DNA of 64,000 bases from Macrostomum lignano (taxonomy: Eukaryota). A program made the position numbers and the translations under genes. Location: NCBI GenBank assembly GCA_002269645.1, contig NIVC01000900.1, forward strand, positions 400,117-464,116, read 5' to 3'. Below the pieces are notes generated by a model. It saw nothing but the letters and a program-made list of their open reading frames with translations. It was not told where the DNA came from and did not search any database. This document shows, in pieces, positions 19,801 through 42,307 of the stretch; the first letter of the stretch is position 1; each line of letters begins with the position of its first letter.

Positions 19801-20695
19801 CTGCGGTCTCAGTTCTCTGAGTCTAAAACCGTGGCTATCATGTTCACCAGCCGCCGAAACTGGAGGATCGAACCGCTCTCCCTCTATGGCAAACCTGTTG
19901 CCATGGAGAAACAAACCAGATGTCTGGGCGTCACCCTCGACCACAGGCTGAGCTGGACCCCGCACGTCCAAACCAAAGCCCACAAAGCCCTCGCGACTCT
20001 CGCGCAGATCCGCAGAGCTTTCGGCGCTACCTGGGGCCTCACCCCCCGCCGCCTCTGGTGGATTTACACTGCCATTGTTAGACCGGCCATCTCCTTCGCC
20101 GGCTTCATTTGGAACAGTGCCATAGAAATGAAAGGGGTTCTTTAGGTTCTAAATAGGGTGCAAGGCCGCGCTTGTCGAGCTATCATGAGCGCGGCTCCCT
20201 CTGCGCCCTTCGCTGGCATGAACTCCTTGGACATTCCCCCCTCTACCTCTTTGTTGGGTGTCCAAATCCAGAAGCAGTTTGCCTTCAGAAAGCGGAATTT
20301 CCGGCCGCATGGCGACCTCAGCCTGCGAGACCTGGAAGAAGCGAGAGGCATTCCACCACGTCATGAAGCAAGAGACAACTGGAAACCCCATGAAATCCAC
20401 TGCTTCACTGACGGGTCCCAAATCAACTCCGCCTCTGGCTACGGCTACTGCATCGTGTCTGGAGGGAGAACTATGGCGACCTTCTCCCAACACACCGGCA
20501 CCTGCTCCACCACCGTCTTCCAGAACGAAGTTCTCGCCATTAGCTCCTGCGCCATGGAGCTGTACAATCAGCGCGTCTGGGGGAAGGAAATTACCCTCCA
20601 ATCAGACAGCCAAGCGGCGATTCACGCCCTTGAGCGCAGCACCACCTGCTCGCGTACAGTCCTCGACTGTATCGGGCAGCTCAACCGCTTAGGCA
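16850..20695 (+). mobile_element. Degenerate near-full-length LINE with ORF1 remnant and APE-RT-RNase H ORF2 (LOA/R1-group-like), 3'-truncated
   Basis: APE: MDILQLNLHH..LLQEPW..GDVNAHH..LDVTL. RT: SPFKSPGSD, AFRSGRSIESALH, FLDIDDAF, GYADD. RNase H: CFTDGS..FQNEVLAI..SDSQAAI. Many stops and frameshifts. Confidence 0.92.
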
Positions 20696-20705
20696 CAACA
20701 TATCT

Positions 20706-21090
20706 TTTGATATTTTGTGCCTTTCTTATTGTTCTATCGATATTCATAAAGCTTTTTGTTCAGAAAATTAGGATTCCATGTTAATTTTTTATTCTACGTA
20801 TATTTGTGCACGTCTAGTGCCTAAAAAACCATTAAAATGGCACAGCTTGGCTCTTTGCTTTTATGAGTCTATTTCATCATTCTTAGCTGACTGTGTAACA
20901 AATATGCGTAGCAAAAATGATAAAATGGATTCATAGAACCAAAGATTTGGAGCTGTACAATGCATTTTTATTATTTTTAGGTACAGGAAACGTACGTAAA
21001 ATAAATAATTAATATAGAATCCTAATTTTCTGAACGAAAAGCTTTACAAATATCGATAGAGCAATAAGGAAGGCACAACATATCAAAAGA
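20706..21090. mobile_element. About 385-bp imperfect palindrome (MITE-like hairpin) abutting the truncated LINE
   Basis: 20706-20790 is the reverse complement of 21012-21090, and 20800-20885 of 20905-21010; centre is near 20895. Confidence 0.75.
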
Positions 21091-21309
21091 TGAGCATTGG
21101 ATCTGCCTCCTATCAAAAGCAAAAGCAATTTGTGTGCTGAAAAAATGAAAAATTCTGATCTCCGTAGTGTATTTTTCCTGGAAAACCTGCCTTCTAAAAT
21201 TTTCTAAGAAACAATGTTTCCCGTCTTTTCGTCCTTGTTTTGATCGCGTGACATTAAAAATTTTGGTTGTGCAAATTTTTATCTTACTGCTTCTAGTAGT
21301 CTGCTTGCA

Positions 21310-21900
21310 CTGTATTTCGAAGATCTCTACACCGCCACTGTTAACGCGCCACCACCCCGCTGCCAGACAATCCCAACTTCCGCCAGAGACGCCGTTGTCG
21401 GAAGAGGAAAATTAATTTTAGCGTTGCACCAGCCGTGCACTGCCTGCTAGAGCACATCGAGGCTGAAATTTAGTGCGGAGGCAGTCGACGGAGATTCTGC
21501 GTTGCCAGTAGTTTATCTACCTCAGCGGTCTGGTTTCTGGCTTACGCGTGGATCTGTAGCGTCGCCGTGGGCGTGTCTTGGCTGCCTTTCGTTCTGTGAG
21601 GGGAAGCCCTGCAGTCTGAGGCCCTGTCTGACTGCCCTGGCACTGTTTCAAGCAGTGATCGAGACCGTCCTGCTGTACAACGCTGAGACCTGGACGTTGA
21701 CGGACTCACTCGACCAACAAGTAGACGCGGCACAGCTGGTCTGCTGCGCGAAATATTCAAGATCGGCTACGAGCGATGGACCAACGTGGCACTTCTATCT
21801 ATACGCGAGTCTGTAGGCTGTCGTGCGTCGTACGCTCGAGCAGCCTAGTCCCGACGGACACCGCGTTGTACGCGTGTCAGTGGAGGACCGCAGCCAGGGT
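21310..21900 (+). mobile_element. Decayed RTE-like LINE fragments
   Basis: LFQAVIETVLLYNAETWTLTDSLDQQVDAA; homologous to 10770-11200. Confidence 0.7.
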
Positions 21901-22674
21901 CAGTACGCAAACCCGGGTCTGGGAAAGGGGCACGAAAGGACCAAGCCCTTGAGCCCCATCACCAAAATTATTTAAAAATTAGGCGACTTCTTTTCAACTA
22001 AATGTTTCTAGTGAAAGTTTTTAGGAAATGAGGTTTCACTATTCATTTACTCCTTAAGAAATAAAGTCCTTGTGAATAATATTGGAATTTTGAGTCATCG
22101 CAATGGTGCTTTTTGACGTACTTTTACGAGCATATTCTAAACAACGATACTAACAAAGGACAACATTGCCTGTAAAAGATTTGATATCGCTTAAAATTTA
22201 GCTTAAATTTCAGAGAGATAAATGATAAGAAGCGTTACCATTAAAATTAATCTTCAGAGCTTCAGCTACATTTCCAGGAAAATTACAGTGGGAAACGTAC
22301 ACAGAACAGTTGGAAAAATGAGTTAGTGAAGTACAGGTCTGGATAAGAAAGGCTGGCGCCAACAAAAGCTCACTGCACAGTGCGCATCGACTCTCCCAGT
22401 AAATGCAGAAAGAAAGCTGCGAGTGCACAATACACAGACAGTCTGCTCTGCCAGACGAAACACCAACAAGAATGGCCCACCGCCGTTGTTCACTCACATG
22501 TACGAGCGTACGTCTATTTTTAGCTGCAGACGCATAAACAAATTTATCCACTACGTACGTACATTAAAGTTGAGTAAAAGTTAAAGCTCTGGATTCAATT
22601 GCACCAAAAGCAGCAGCGACAGTTTTTGTTCCAGCCGCATCAAATCAGTGATTCTATATAGAATCTAATTTCAC

Positions 22675-25290
22675 ATGAACGCTTCACTTCAAAGGACTGC
22701 TCCATTTAATCTGCCGAGTCTGGAATGCCACTTTCTATGGCAACCAGAGAAGTCGAGCACAAAAACCAACATCGACCAGGTGATTGAACGGTTGCTGGAG
22801 TACAGGCTGTCAGACTCTGAGATGTCAGTTGTCTACCTGACCACCCTTAGCTACCTATCAACTCTGCCACCGTTTCCGAACTTCGCCAAGGCGCAGCAAT
22901 TCCTTGATGAAGCTGAACAAGTGCGCGACACGGACGATTTCTGGCGGCACAGCGGCTTCATCCTGTCCTCCATGCGGCTGTGCATCCGCCAGATTCGGCG
23001 GGGTCGGCCGCTGATGCATCACGATATCGCTGACGAGCTGGCCGAGCTCACCAGCCAATGGGAGGGCAGCGCCGACGTCAGGGCGACCGTTTATGGCATC
23101 AAAGGCGCGTCTCTAAGATTCTTCGGGCCGCTGAAGTACAGAGAAGGAGCTGAGGCCTATGGCTTGGCCTTGGAGCTGCAGCCAGACAACTTCAGATGGC
23201 TTTGGGGGAAAGCGTACCTGCTGGCCCGGCAAACTAGACAGGGCAGACCCGGTGAGATCCCCGAGAGTCAGCTGAACTTATGGAGTCGAGCCTACGAGAT
23301 TTCCACCAGGGATGGAATCCGAAACCCGACTTTTTTTGCCAATTTCTCCGAGGCGGCGCTTAGCGACCGAGCTCTGACCGCGTGGTGCGAAAGTTTGATG
23401 GATGAAGCAGTTGGACTGTTGGAACGGCTGGGAAGAGACGAGAAGGCCAAGCACCCGGTAGCCTTTCTTATTGGTATAAAAGTTTACAAAAGGTTTAAAT
23501 CATTTGCAAAGTATTATACGCTTCTTGATTTAGCACAAACAGTCGACCGATGCAAAAGTTCTAGCTTTTATTTGGAGATTTCTAGACTGCATATGAGAAA
23601 TGGCGATAAACAGAAGGCTCTGGAGGCACTCAGAATTGGTAAAAATGCTGCAATGCACCCTGGTAACCACTGGGTCGACCTTGAACTCATTGAGCTGGAA
23701 GCTGAGGATGTTGGAATAGAAAATACGCTCCAATCCTTTGACTCCCTGCTGGCGTCAAACTATCGCGTATATGACCGGGTCATTGCATGCATTCGCTTCA
23801 GAAAGGCGCACTTTTTGTTTAAATGCAACCGGAACCAAGAAGGCTTCGAGGAATGCCTGCTAGCATTCAAGACGTGTCCGGATGCTGTGGAGAACTTTCA
23901 GGACTATCGATATGAGGAAATTCTGCAAGCATTACAAAACTGGCCAGATCATGAAGAATATGAGGCCTGGTTTCGCACTAATATCATGTCCTGCATTCAG
24001 CGCCAAGACAGCATTCACATCGAGGATCAGTTTCACAGAGGGCTGTTGAGAAATCAGCGCAACCATTTCGCCTGGGAGCACCTGGGGAGGTTCTATTTAA
24101 AGGAACACAAGTACCAACTGGCTTTCGACTGTTTCAGTCAGTTACCGGGCGACTCGGACCTGCCAGACGGTACACGTAGAGACAATTTGCTGACTGAAGC
24201 CCTTCTACAGAATCCACAAGCCAGCCTGGAAGACATTGAGCTCTGCTTACAACTTGGTCGTCACAAAGCTGCACTAAGAGTGTTCGACTTCTTAAACGAC
24301 TGCAAAACTGACCTTGTAAAACGGGTGTTGGAAATGGCGAACGGGGGTGACTCGCAAAGGGCCAGGGACTCCAGTCTGATGTTTTTCAGCCGTCGCGTTT
24401 ACGAGCTGTGCGCCCGAGCTCAAAACCTGGCTTATGACTACGTCAGCGATGCGGCTGATCAGTCAAACGTGGCTGACACGGTGCGCAAACGAGTGAGGGA
24501 CCTGCTGGAGCTCGGCTCCCTCAGCACCGCGGCCGCAGCTCCAGCTGCAGCAGGCAGCGATCGCGGCAACTTGATGCGACAGGCGAGGTTCGAAGCAGTC
24601 AAGCTGCACTGCCGAGGCAGAGGGTCCACAGAGGAGTGCTGCAACTCGATCGTGCTCACTCTGAAGGAAGCCAAGGAGCTGCTCGACCGGTCCTTTGCTC
24701 ATCAGTTCCAAAGCGAGACATCCGAAGAGTTCTCCTACATCCACGCTTTCGGCCAGATGAAGCAGAGGTTAAAGTCGGATCCAGAGTACAACCGGGAGCT
24801 GAAGGAGATGCAGTCCAAAGCGGATAAAAAAGCGCTTGAAGCAGAAGCACTGATGAAGGCGATTCGCAGAAATCGAAGTCTGCGAACTGCGGAAAAAATT
24901 CGCGAATTTCTGCACGCCGGAATTAAAAAAATGAGCGCCAACTTTCGCAACGCCAAAGCCACCAGCTGGAAGTTCGACTTCATGGCGAATCGCGAGCGAC
25001 GAATTCTGGAGGAGGAAAACCGCTGGCTCATTCGCTGGATCTACGGAGTGAACATGGAGAAGCACAAGGTAGAACTGCGGGTTGGCGATATCGAGCAGCA
25101 TCTGGCAGCCGACTGGTCCGGCTGGGACGGCTGCCGCACCGCCTACGAGCTGGCGAACTTGGCCGCCGAGTTCGCCGAGGAGACGTGGCTGATTCTGGGG
25201 CCGCAACGGCTGGACGGTGACAGCGGTTCTGCGGGTACCGAATCTGAGGAGAATCACCTTGCCGCAGAGTTTGCGACTCTGCGACTCTAG
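22675..25290 (+). CDS. IFIT-like TPR protein paralog 2 (871 aa, intact, intronless) with a C-terminal putative HEPN-like domain
   Basis: Uninterrupted ORF. LECHFLW, YLTTLSYL, QQFLDEAE and LRFFGPLKYREGAEAYGLALELQPDN..KAYLLAR align by eye with vertebrate IFIT1/5 subdomains. TPR-like AWEHLGRFYLKEHKYQLAFDCF. Conserved with paralog 1 along its whole length. Confidence 0.88.
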   Translation: MNASLQRTAPFNLPSLECHFLWQPEKSSTKTNIDQVIERLLEYRLSDSEMSVVYLTTLSYLSTLPPFPNFAKAQQFLDEAEQVRDTDDFWRHSGFILSSMRLCIRQIRRGRPLMHHDIADELAELTSQWEGSADVRATVYGIKGASLRFFGPLKYREGAEAYGLALELQPDNFRWLWGKAYLLARQTRQGRPGEIPESQLNLWSRAYEISTRDGIRNPTFFANFSEAALSDRALTAWCESLMDEAVGLLERLGRDEKAKHPVAFLIGIKVYKRFKSFAKYYTLLDLAQTVDRCKSSSFYLEISRLHMRNGDKQKALEALRIGKNAAMHPGNHWVDLELIELEAEDVGIENTLQSFDSLLASNYRVYDRVIACIRFRKAHFLFKCNRNQEGFEECLLAFKTCPDAVENFQDYRYEEILQALQNWPDHEEYEAWFRTNIMSCIQRQDSIHIEDQFHRGLLRNQRNHFAWEHLGRFYLKEHKYQLAFDCFSQLPGDSDLPDGTRRDNLLTEALLQNPQASLEDIELCLQLGRHKAALRVFDFLNDCKTDLVKRVLEMANGGDSQRARDSSLMFFSRRVYELCARAQNLAYDYVSDAADQSNVADTVRKRVRDLLELGSLSTAAAAPAAAGSDRGNLMRQARFEAVKLHCRGRGSTEECCNSIVLTLKEAKELLDRSFAHQFQSETSEEFSYIHAFGQMKQRLKSDPEYNRELKEMQSKADKKALEAEALMKAIRRNRSLRTAEKIREFLHAGIKKMSANFRNAKATSWKFDFMANRERRILEEENRWLIRWIYGVNMEKHKVELRVGDIEQHLAADWSGWDGCRTAYELANLAAEFAEETWLILGPQRLDGDSGSAGTESEENHLAAEFATLRL

Positions 25291-25299
25291 CTGCGACTC

Positions 25300-25937
<638 letters not shown>

Positions 25938-26647
25938 TATAGATAGTGATTTTCATTTTTAGTATATTAGAATATTGGATTAATATTTAAGTAATCTTAT
26001 AGCACGTCTAGTACATACTACTTGTCAGTAGAGTCTTTGAAATGGCGTTCTTCTGTTGAATTAGATGTATCTACGCTCGTATTGAGGGAAGCTATACGCA
26101 TGATCAATATTGTGTTGAGATTTTGTAGCTTTCTTTCTCGTGCAATTTTTTAAGTTTAAAGTGCAAAAATTGAAACCAAAATTTATCCTCAATGATTTCC
26201 TTAATCGCTCAGTATACTCGAACTGTGAATTTCTTTATTTTTTGTTTATTTTAATACAATTTACCGCAGCAAACCAGCGATCTCAGACCTACCTGCTTCC
26301 AAAAGACAGTTAGTGGCTGGAGTCAAATCAGCATGAAATATTTAGAGTCAATATTCCTGAAAATGTTTTTGTATGATTTTTAATCTGCAGTAAATTTTGC
26401 TCATTGACAACTTATTAATCTTTGCTGGTGTACGGAGCTCCAGAAATCACGGGAAAAGCATGACACTAAAGCTATTAAACTATGTCAGGAGCGCCAGTTT
26501 TAGTTTGTCAGGAAAGTTACTTTTTCGAGATTTTTTAAAAAGAATGGGTACCATTTTGAGACTGTCAGGAAGCTGTCAAAAGCAGCATTCTGGGCCGATT
26601 TTCTTTTTCTGAGATTTTTTAGGATGCCATTTCGGCGCTGTCAGGGC

Positions 26648-26972
26648 GGGAGTACGACGTTTGCTTGCGGGAAGTTTGCTTCGGCAAGCAAAAGTCCGCA
26701 AGCAAAGTTCGGCAAGCAGACTTCGGCAAGCAAAATTCCGCAAGCAAAATTCCGCAAGCAGACTTCGGCAAGCAAATTTCCGCAAGCAAAATTCCGCAAG
26801 CAGACTTCGGCAAGCAAATTTCCGCAAGCAAAATTCCGCAAGCAGACTTCGGCAAGCAAAATTCCGCAAGCAAAATTCCGCAAGCAGACTTCGGCAAGCA
26901 AATTTCCGCAAGCAAAAGTCCCGCAAGCAAACTTCGGCAAGCAAACTTCTCGCAAGCAAATTTCATAGACAC
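26648..26972. mobile_element. 325-bp MITE of the same foldback family as 8205-10059
   Basis: Ends gggagtacgacgtttgcttgcg and cgcaagcaaatttcatagacac are imperfect inverted repeats. TSD gtcagggc at 26640-26647 and 26973-26980. Body is made of gcaagcaaa subrepeats. Confidence 0.85.
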
Positions 26973-27225
26973 GTCAGGGCTGTCATTCTGGGGCTCTCGG
27001 GGGTTGCCATTCTGGGACTGTCAGGGCTGTCAGGGCTGTCATTCTGGGGCTGTCAGGGCTGTCATTCTGGGGCTGTCAGGGCTGACATTCTGGGGCTGTC
27101 AGGGCTGACATTCTGGGGCTGTCAGGACTGAAATTCTGGGGCTCTCTCGGGGCTGACATTCTGCGACTGTCAGGGCTGACATTCTGGGGCTGTCAGGACT
27201 GACATTCTGGGACTGTCAGGGGCCC
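26973..27225. repeat. 23-bp minisatellite tcattctggggctgtcagggctg
   Basis: Tandem units; related sequence also occurs left of the MITE (26570-26647). Confidence 0.88.
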
Positions 27226-28669
27226 ACGCTGGGGTTCCCTACATTCTATCGCGCATGCAGTCGATTTGCATTACAAATTCGCAGCTAAAATGAATTTATC
27301 ACACTTTCATGTGGCTCTTTATGTGACTCACCAGGCAGAAGGATAAAAATAAACAACTAGCTAACAAGGACGTTGATTACTCGAGGAACCACCCGGGGAC
27401 TCAAGAGATTTAACCAAAGTGATTCTCTGTACTGGTTATATTAGCATATGCAGAACTTGTGCCAGGGAATTAATCAGCTTGCAGTTATCCGATCTCAAAA
27501 ATGTAGACGAAAGTTCTTCACTGTAACCCTTGGGGACTGTACACGAGTCGTAGTCAAAGTCTGTGTTGGAGTGTCCTCTAGCATTAATATTTCTGTGCAA
27601 CCGTGAATTATATGCTTAAAAATACAAAGTTAATCAATTTTTATTAAAGCCACATCATACCATGTCCCAACCTCCTGTGCAGAGCACTAAAAAGCTTTCA
27701 TACGAAATTTCTTTCCATTCTTTTGCATCGGGCGAATAAAATCGCTTTGAATGGCGATATCGATTATGCATAGGTGGGGATTCTGGCTTATAGTATGTTA
27801 TATGTAGGCCGCAGTGATTAATGATTTTTGGGGAATGTATTGGCCTTTACCAGGTCATATTCCTTCGATCAGGTTAAGACCCGCAACTAGCGAGAGGGGC
27901 ATGCAGTCACGGCGCCCAAGCCTGAGCACTCTAGAGAGCTCACTCATATTATTATTTGCACATGCAAGAGCGCCTATACTGTACACAGGACGCACTCAAA
28001 CACCCACTCACACAGGGTGCACAGCAGCTCTGTGCCGTCATTACTTTCAACGTCTAAAGAGACTCAGACTGTAAAAAAAAAGTTTTAGATCCAAGAAGAA
28101 AGTCCAGCTGATCCAATTCAAACTGTGTATTTTAAAGAAATGTAAAAAAGCCAATCTACCGTAGTGAAATATTTCAAGCACTTTTTTGAGTCAATTGAGT
28201 CAATATACGTGTAGCAATGTTACTCTACATTTAGATTATATTGTAATTTTCGTAAGTAATTTGACCATCTTGTTATATAAATGTATTTTTAACTTTTGGT
28301 CTGTATATGTAAAATTATTGTTTCAAGTGTCAGCAATATATTTAACTTACACTAATTTTTTTATTTAGGTAATGCTGCATTATTAATGCCTGCAAGCACA
28401 TCACAGAATTATAATGACATGTTTATACGAGCCTATGACTTTATCATTTATGTCATGTGGAGCACCATATGCGGAACTCGCGAAGTCACTGAGAAAGTCA
28501 AGCATAGCAAAGTTGCATTGCATATTTTAAAATTTATTATTTCATATTTTATTAAGAGGTGCCTCTGCTTGTGAATATAGAACGACACGCGAAGCGATTA
28601 ATAATAGCTAACAACAATTTATTTGTTACACCTGCCCTAATGGCCAGATGTGCAACCGACAGCTCAGCC

Positions 28670-28904
28670 GCAGCTATTGCGCGGCGCATCTGAAGGCTGC
28701 GTACGGCTGTTCAGTCCAAGGACTGGGGGGTCGTCACACACCCTCAATTACCCCAGCTAATGCTGGCACCCATTTTACAGCTGGGTGAACTGAAGCAATG
28801 CAGAGTTAAGTGTCTTGCTCAAGGACACAAATTGTTCCAGAGGGTCGAGAATCGAACCCCCCGACCTTACAGTCGTGAGTCCGACGCTCTAACCACCAGG
28901 CTAC
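28670..28904 (-). mobile_element. tRNA-derived SINE, copy 1
   Basis: Minus-strand head gtagcctggtggttagagcg...ggttcgattc (A and B boxes), followed by a core gtgtccttgagcaagacact; second copy at 30002. Confidence 0.85.
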
Positions 28905-29021
28905 AACCCCCTTAACGACTGAATTGTAATTTAACATTTTATTTTGAAATTAAGTACGTTAAATGTAAATTAACTGTGCAGACTGATGTCACAGAATCTG
29001 CAATGCCGTGCAGGCCCTCAC

Positions 29022-29498
29022 CTTCAGCTGTGCAGCCGCTATCGCCCTCTGGCTGGCGCGAAAGTGCTCGATCGGTACGCGACCGTATCGACCGGCTGCA
29101 ATCCTTTTCTCTTCGACCTCCAACCGGCGGGCGATGTCGGTCGCATGTAGCCACATTCTCAGATAATATCTGCAAGCAGATAACGAGCGCGTCGATGCCC
29201 CGTTAAATGCTAGTAGAACAGTCTGATTAATGAGATATTGAGGTGTAAGATATTACACACAGTCAAATAATACTATATCACCTACGTTACAGGCGGCACA
29301 GGCTGCCGATTGAGTCCGCCGTCTTCGAAATCCGATTCCCGGGTCACTTGGATTTGACCCGGGGCGGCGGCTCTGGCGGCAAGGAAGCGACTGCACCAGG
29401 CAGCTGCCTCATGTCGCGCCGACTCGATCGCGATCTCGCCGATGCGAATGTGATCAGTCGGCATGTGCCCGTACAGGCCGACCATATTGTGGTAGTAT
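29022..29498 (-). CDS. Two internal exons of an unidentified gene (29286-29498 and 29022-29169)
   Basis: GT-AG borders with matching phase 2 give YYHNMVGLYGHMPTDHIRIG...PVPPVTYYLRMWLHATDIARRLEVEEKRIAAGRYGRVPIEHFRASQRAIAAAQLK. GC-rich island in AT-rich flanks. Confidence 0.6.
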
Positions 29499-30001
29499 CT
29501 GAAAATGTGGACAAACAAAGGTACAGCGAGTGTTTTGTTGTGCACACAACCAAAACAGCGTGTGCTGACTACGAGTAAACTGCATGTGTACTATCACTTA
29601 CGTAACGCGCGTTACAATCACGCGGCCGTTGGCGTCGGTTTCAACGATTTTGTTGGACATCGTTTAACAAGCATTGAAAACTGTCTCGATAAGATGTGCG
29701 TCAAAAATGCTTTAGTTTATTTGATATTTGTTACAGTTGTCGGCACAGACCGCTTGTAAACCATGCAGCAATCGCTAAAGTATTACAAGTTTTCTCGTAT
29801 TTTTTCACATACACAGTTGTAAAATTCTCAGTAATATTTGTTCCATTGCGCAAACAAAACGAAATAAGTACTTTTTCTGTAACTATTTGTTGTTCTTGTA
29901 AGTTGCTTACTTTGCATCCTTTTCATCAATCTGATGCTTCGTCTGTTTGTGTTCTTTTGTTTTCCAGTGCGTTTTTTGTTGATACGTTTTTTAAACAGGA
30001 G

Positions 30002-30241
30002 CGCAGCTATCTGTTGCGCGGCATATCTAAAGGCTGCGTACGGCTGTTCAGTCCAAGGATTGGGGAGTCGCCACACGCACCCTCAATTGCCCCAATTAAT
30101 GCTGGCACCCATTTTACAGCTGGGTGATCTGAAGCAATGCAGAGTTAAGTGTACTGCTCAAGGACACATTTTTCCGAGTTTGCTTGAGAATCGAACCCCC
30201 GACCTTTCGTCGTGAGTCTGACGCTCTCATCACTAGGCTGC
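30002..30241 (-). mobile_element. tRNA-derived SINE, copy 2
   Basis: Colinear and highly similar to 28670-28904. Confidence 0.85.
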
Positions 30242-32050
30242 AAATGCCCCCCTCCTAGTTTTTCATGGTCGCTATGGAAACACGTTTTTTCTAAGACCAT
30301 AACTTTCCATTTAATTTACTCCTAAATATGTATTTGCATAATGTATTCAACATAGCTTGCCGATAAAAACATCGGTGGTTCTAAGCCCTCAAGATTCTGG
30401 CGCACCAGGTAAATATGAATTTCTCGTGTTGACAAGGAACCGATCCACAGTTTTTTGCTCTTATCATAGAAAGACAGCCCGAAAGCGCTGAGGGTGCTCC
30501 GCTTGTATTTGCAAACAAGGAACGCGGATAAGGTGAAGTGGAACTGCACTGTTTACAACTTCTGGCATTGAAGTGCAGTTTTCCCACCACGCAATCGTCT
30601 TGATGTATGCGCGGAATTTACATTTCTGGGGTTTTTGCGTTGAGGGAATAATTAATGAAGGGCATGGTTAGTAACAGTAGAAAATCTACTCATATCCCGC
30701 GCATAAACGTACGAGCGTAATCCATTAAACGTTTGTTTGTTAACGCTTGATTCTGAGCTGGCGCGCTGGTGAGCACAGGAGTCCGCTGAGTGGGCAGAGC
30801 TGTCCAGAAGGCGTTGCGCCAGGGTGTCTGCAACTCTTTTGCAAATATTTTCTCCAATTGTGGTTTACAGTGGAAAAACATTCCACCTGACATGAAGCAC
30901 GGTCTTGTTCCTCCTGACCACCAGGTTCGCAGAGCCTTAATAGAGAAGTGTATTATTCAATAAATGTCTTCAGGAAACAGGTGATCGCTAAATGATTTAA
31001 TATCCTGAACAATGTCGCTTCATATAGGTGAATAGCACCTCGCATCTATTCACTGTTGATCCGAAAGTTATTTAGTGAGCTGTAATTTCCTGATCTCAGT
31101 TAACGTCTTCCGTCCGTCCGTGAAAGTTTTTTCCTTCGGATAGTAATCTGCATTGCATTCAAGCTTGGGCTCTTGGATGGCCCTGCGCGTACTTGGTACT
31201 TAACTCGTACATGTTGAATAACCTTTCCAATTTCAAACATGCGGTAGTTCTTGTGGGCGCTCTACTGGCTCTATTGATATTTAACATCGGAATGCAATAA
31301 TGGCTTCGTTGGAGTGTGTGCGGATTTGAATCTGCCCAAGGGATGTTTTGGTGTGTGGCGACCGATGCAGATACGAGAATGCACGCGCTGGGGAAATGTA
31401 GCACTGATAATGGGAAGGTAGAACCCATAGCTGGCCCTAGCTACATCCGTCATTTTTGGATAGGTAAAGTTTTAAACAACACGTTCTGAGCATTAACGCA
31501 CTAACCATAAGGAAGTGGACGCATTTAGTGTCCCCATTAACCATTGTATATTTTAGCGTTGCCAACCAAGCTGATTAAATAAATATATTGCTGGAAATAT
31601 GTTACTGAAAAATCTAGGAAAGAAATATTACAATTCCAGGTAGCCTTCAACCAGGAAGTGTCAGCTTGCTATGGTATAGTTCGGGAGGGCATCGTATAGT
31701 GTGTGCGTGTGTAGCTATTTGAACGTGTTGCGTACTCCTTGCGCTCCCTCTCCCTCTCGGCTCCCAACCCTCTTTCTCTCTCCTTCTGATCTTTCATTTG
31801 CTGTCTGCTTCAAGGCTTCTAGGAGGAGGAGGAGAAAATACTGGAAAAGGGTAAGAGAGGCAGAGAGACAGAGAGCTAGCAGGGCATTACGAAGGTTGGT
31901 TGGGCGCGCACTGCAAGCCTCCCAACTATAGAAGAGGGGCCCGGTCTTAATTCAAAAAATCCAAGGGAGATTCGCATCGCAACAGAGCGCGCAACAGGCC
32001 ACGCGTTGCTGGAGCTGCAGCCGAAATCATTTCTGCCAACTGGAGCCGAC

Positions 32051-42307
<10,257 letters not shown>

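Noticed and set aside
28840-28904. tRNA gene (Val-like anticodon CAC on the minus strand)
   Set aside because: It is attached to a SINE core and duplicated with divergence at 30170-30241; the acceptor stem is not convincing.
32006-32050. ORF-track start for slo at 32006 (similarly 40220 and 36352)
   Set aside because: These are TTG starts or intron sequence; the first in-frame ATG is 32051, and internal exons start at AG acceptors 36358 and 40336.
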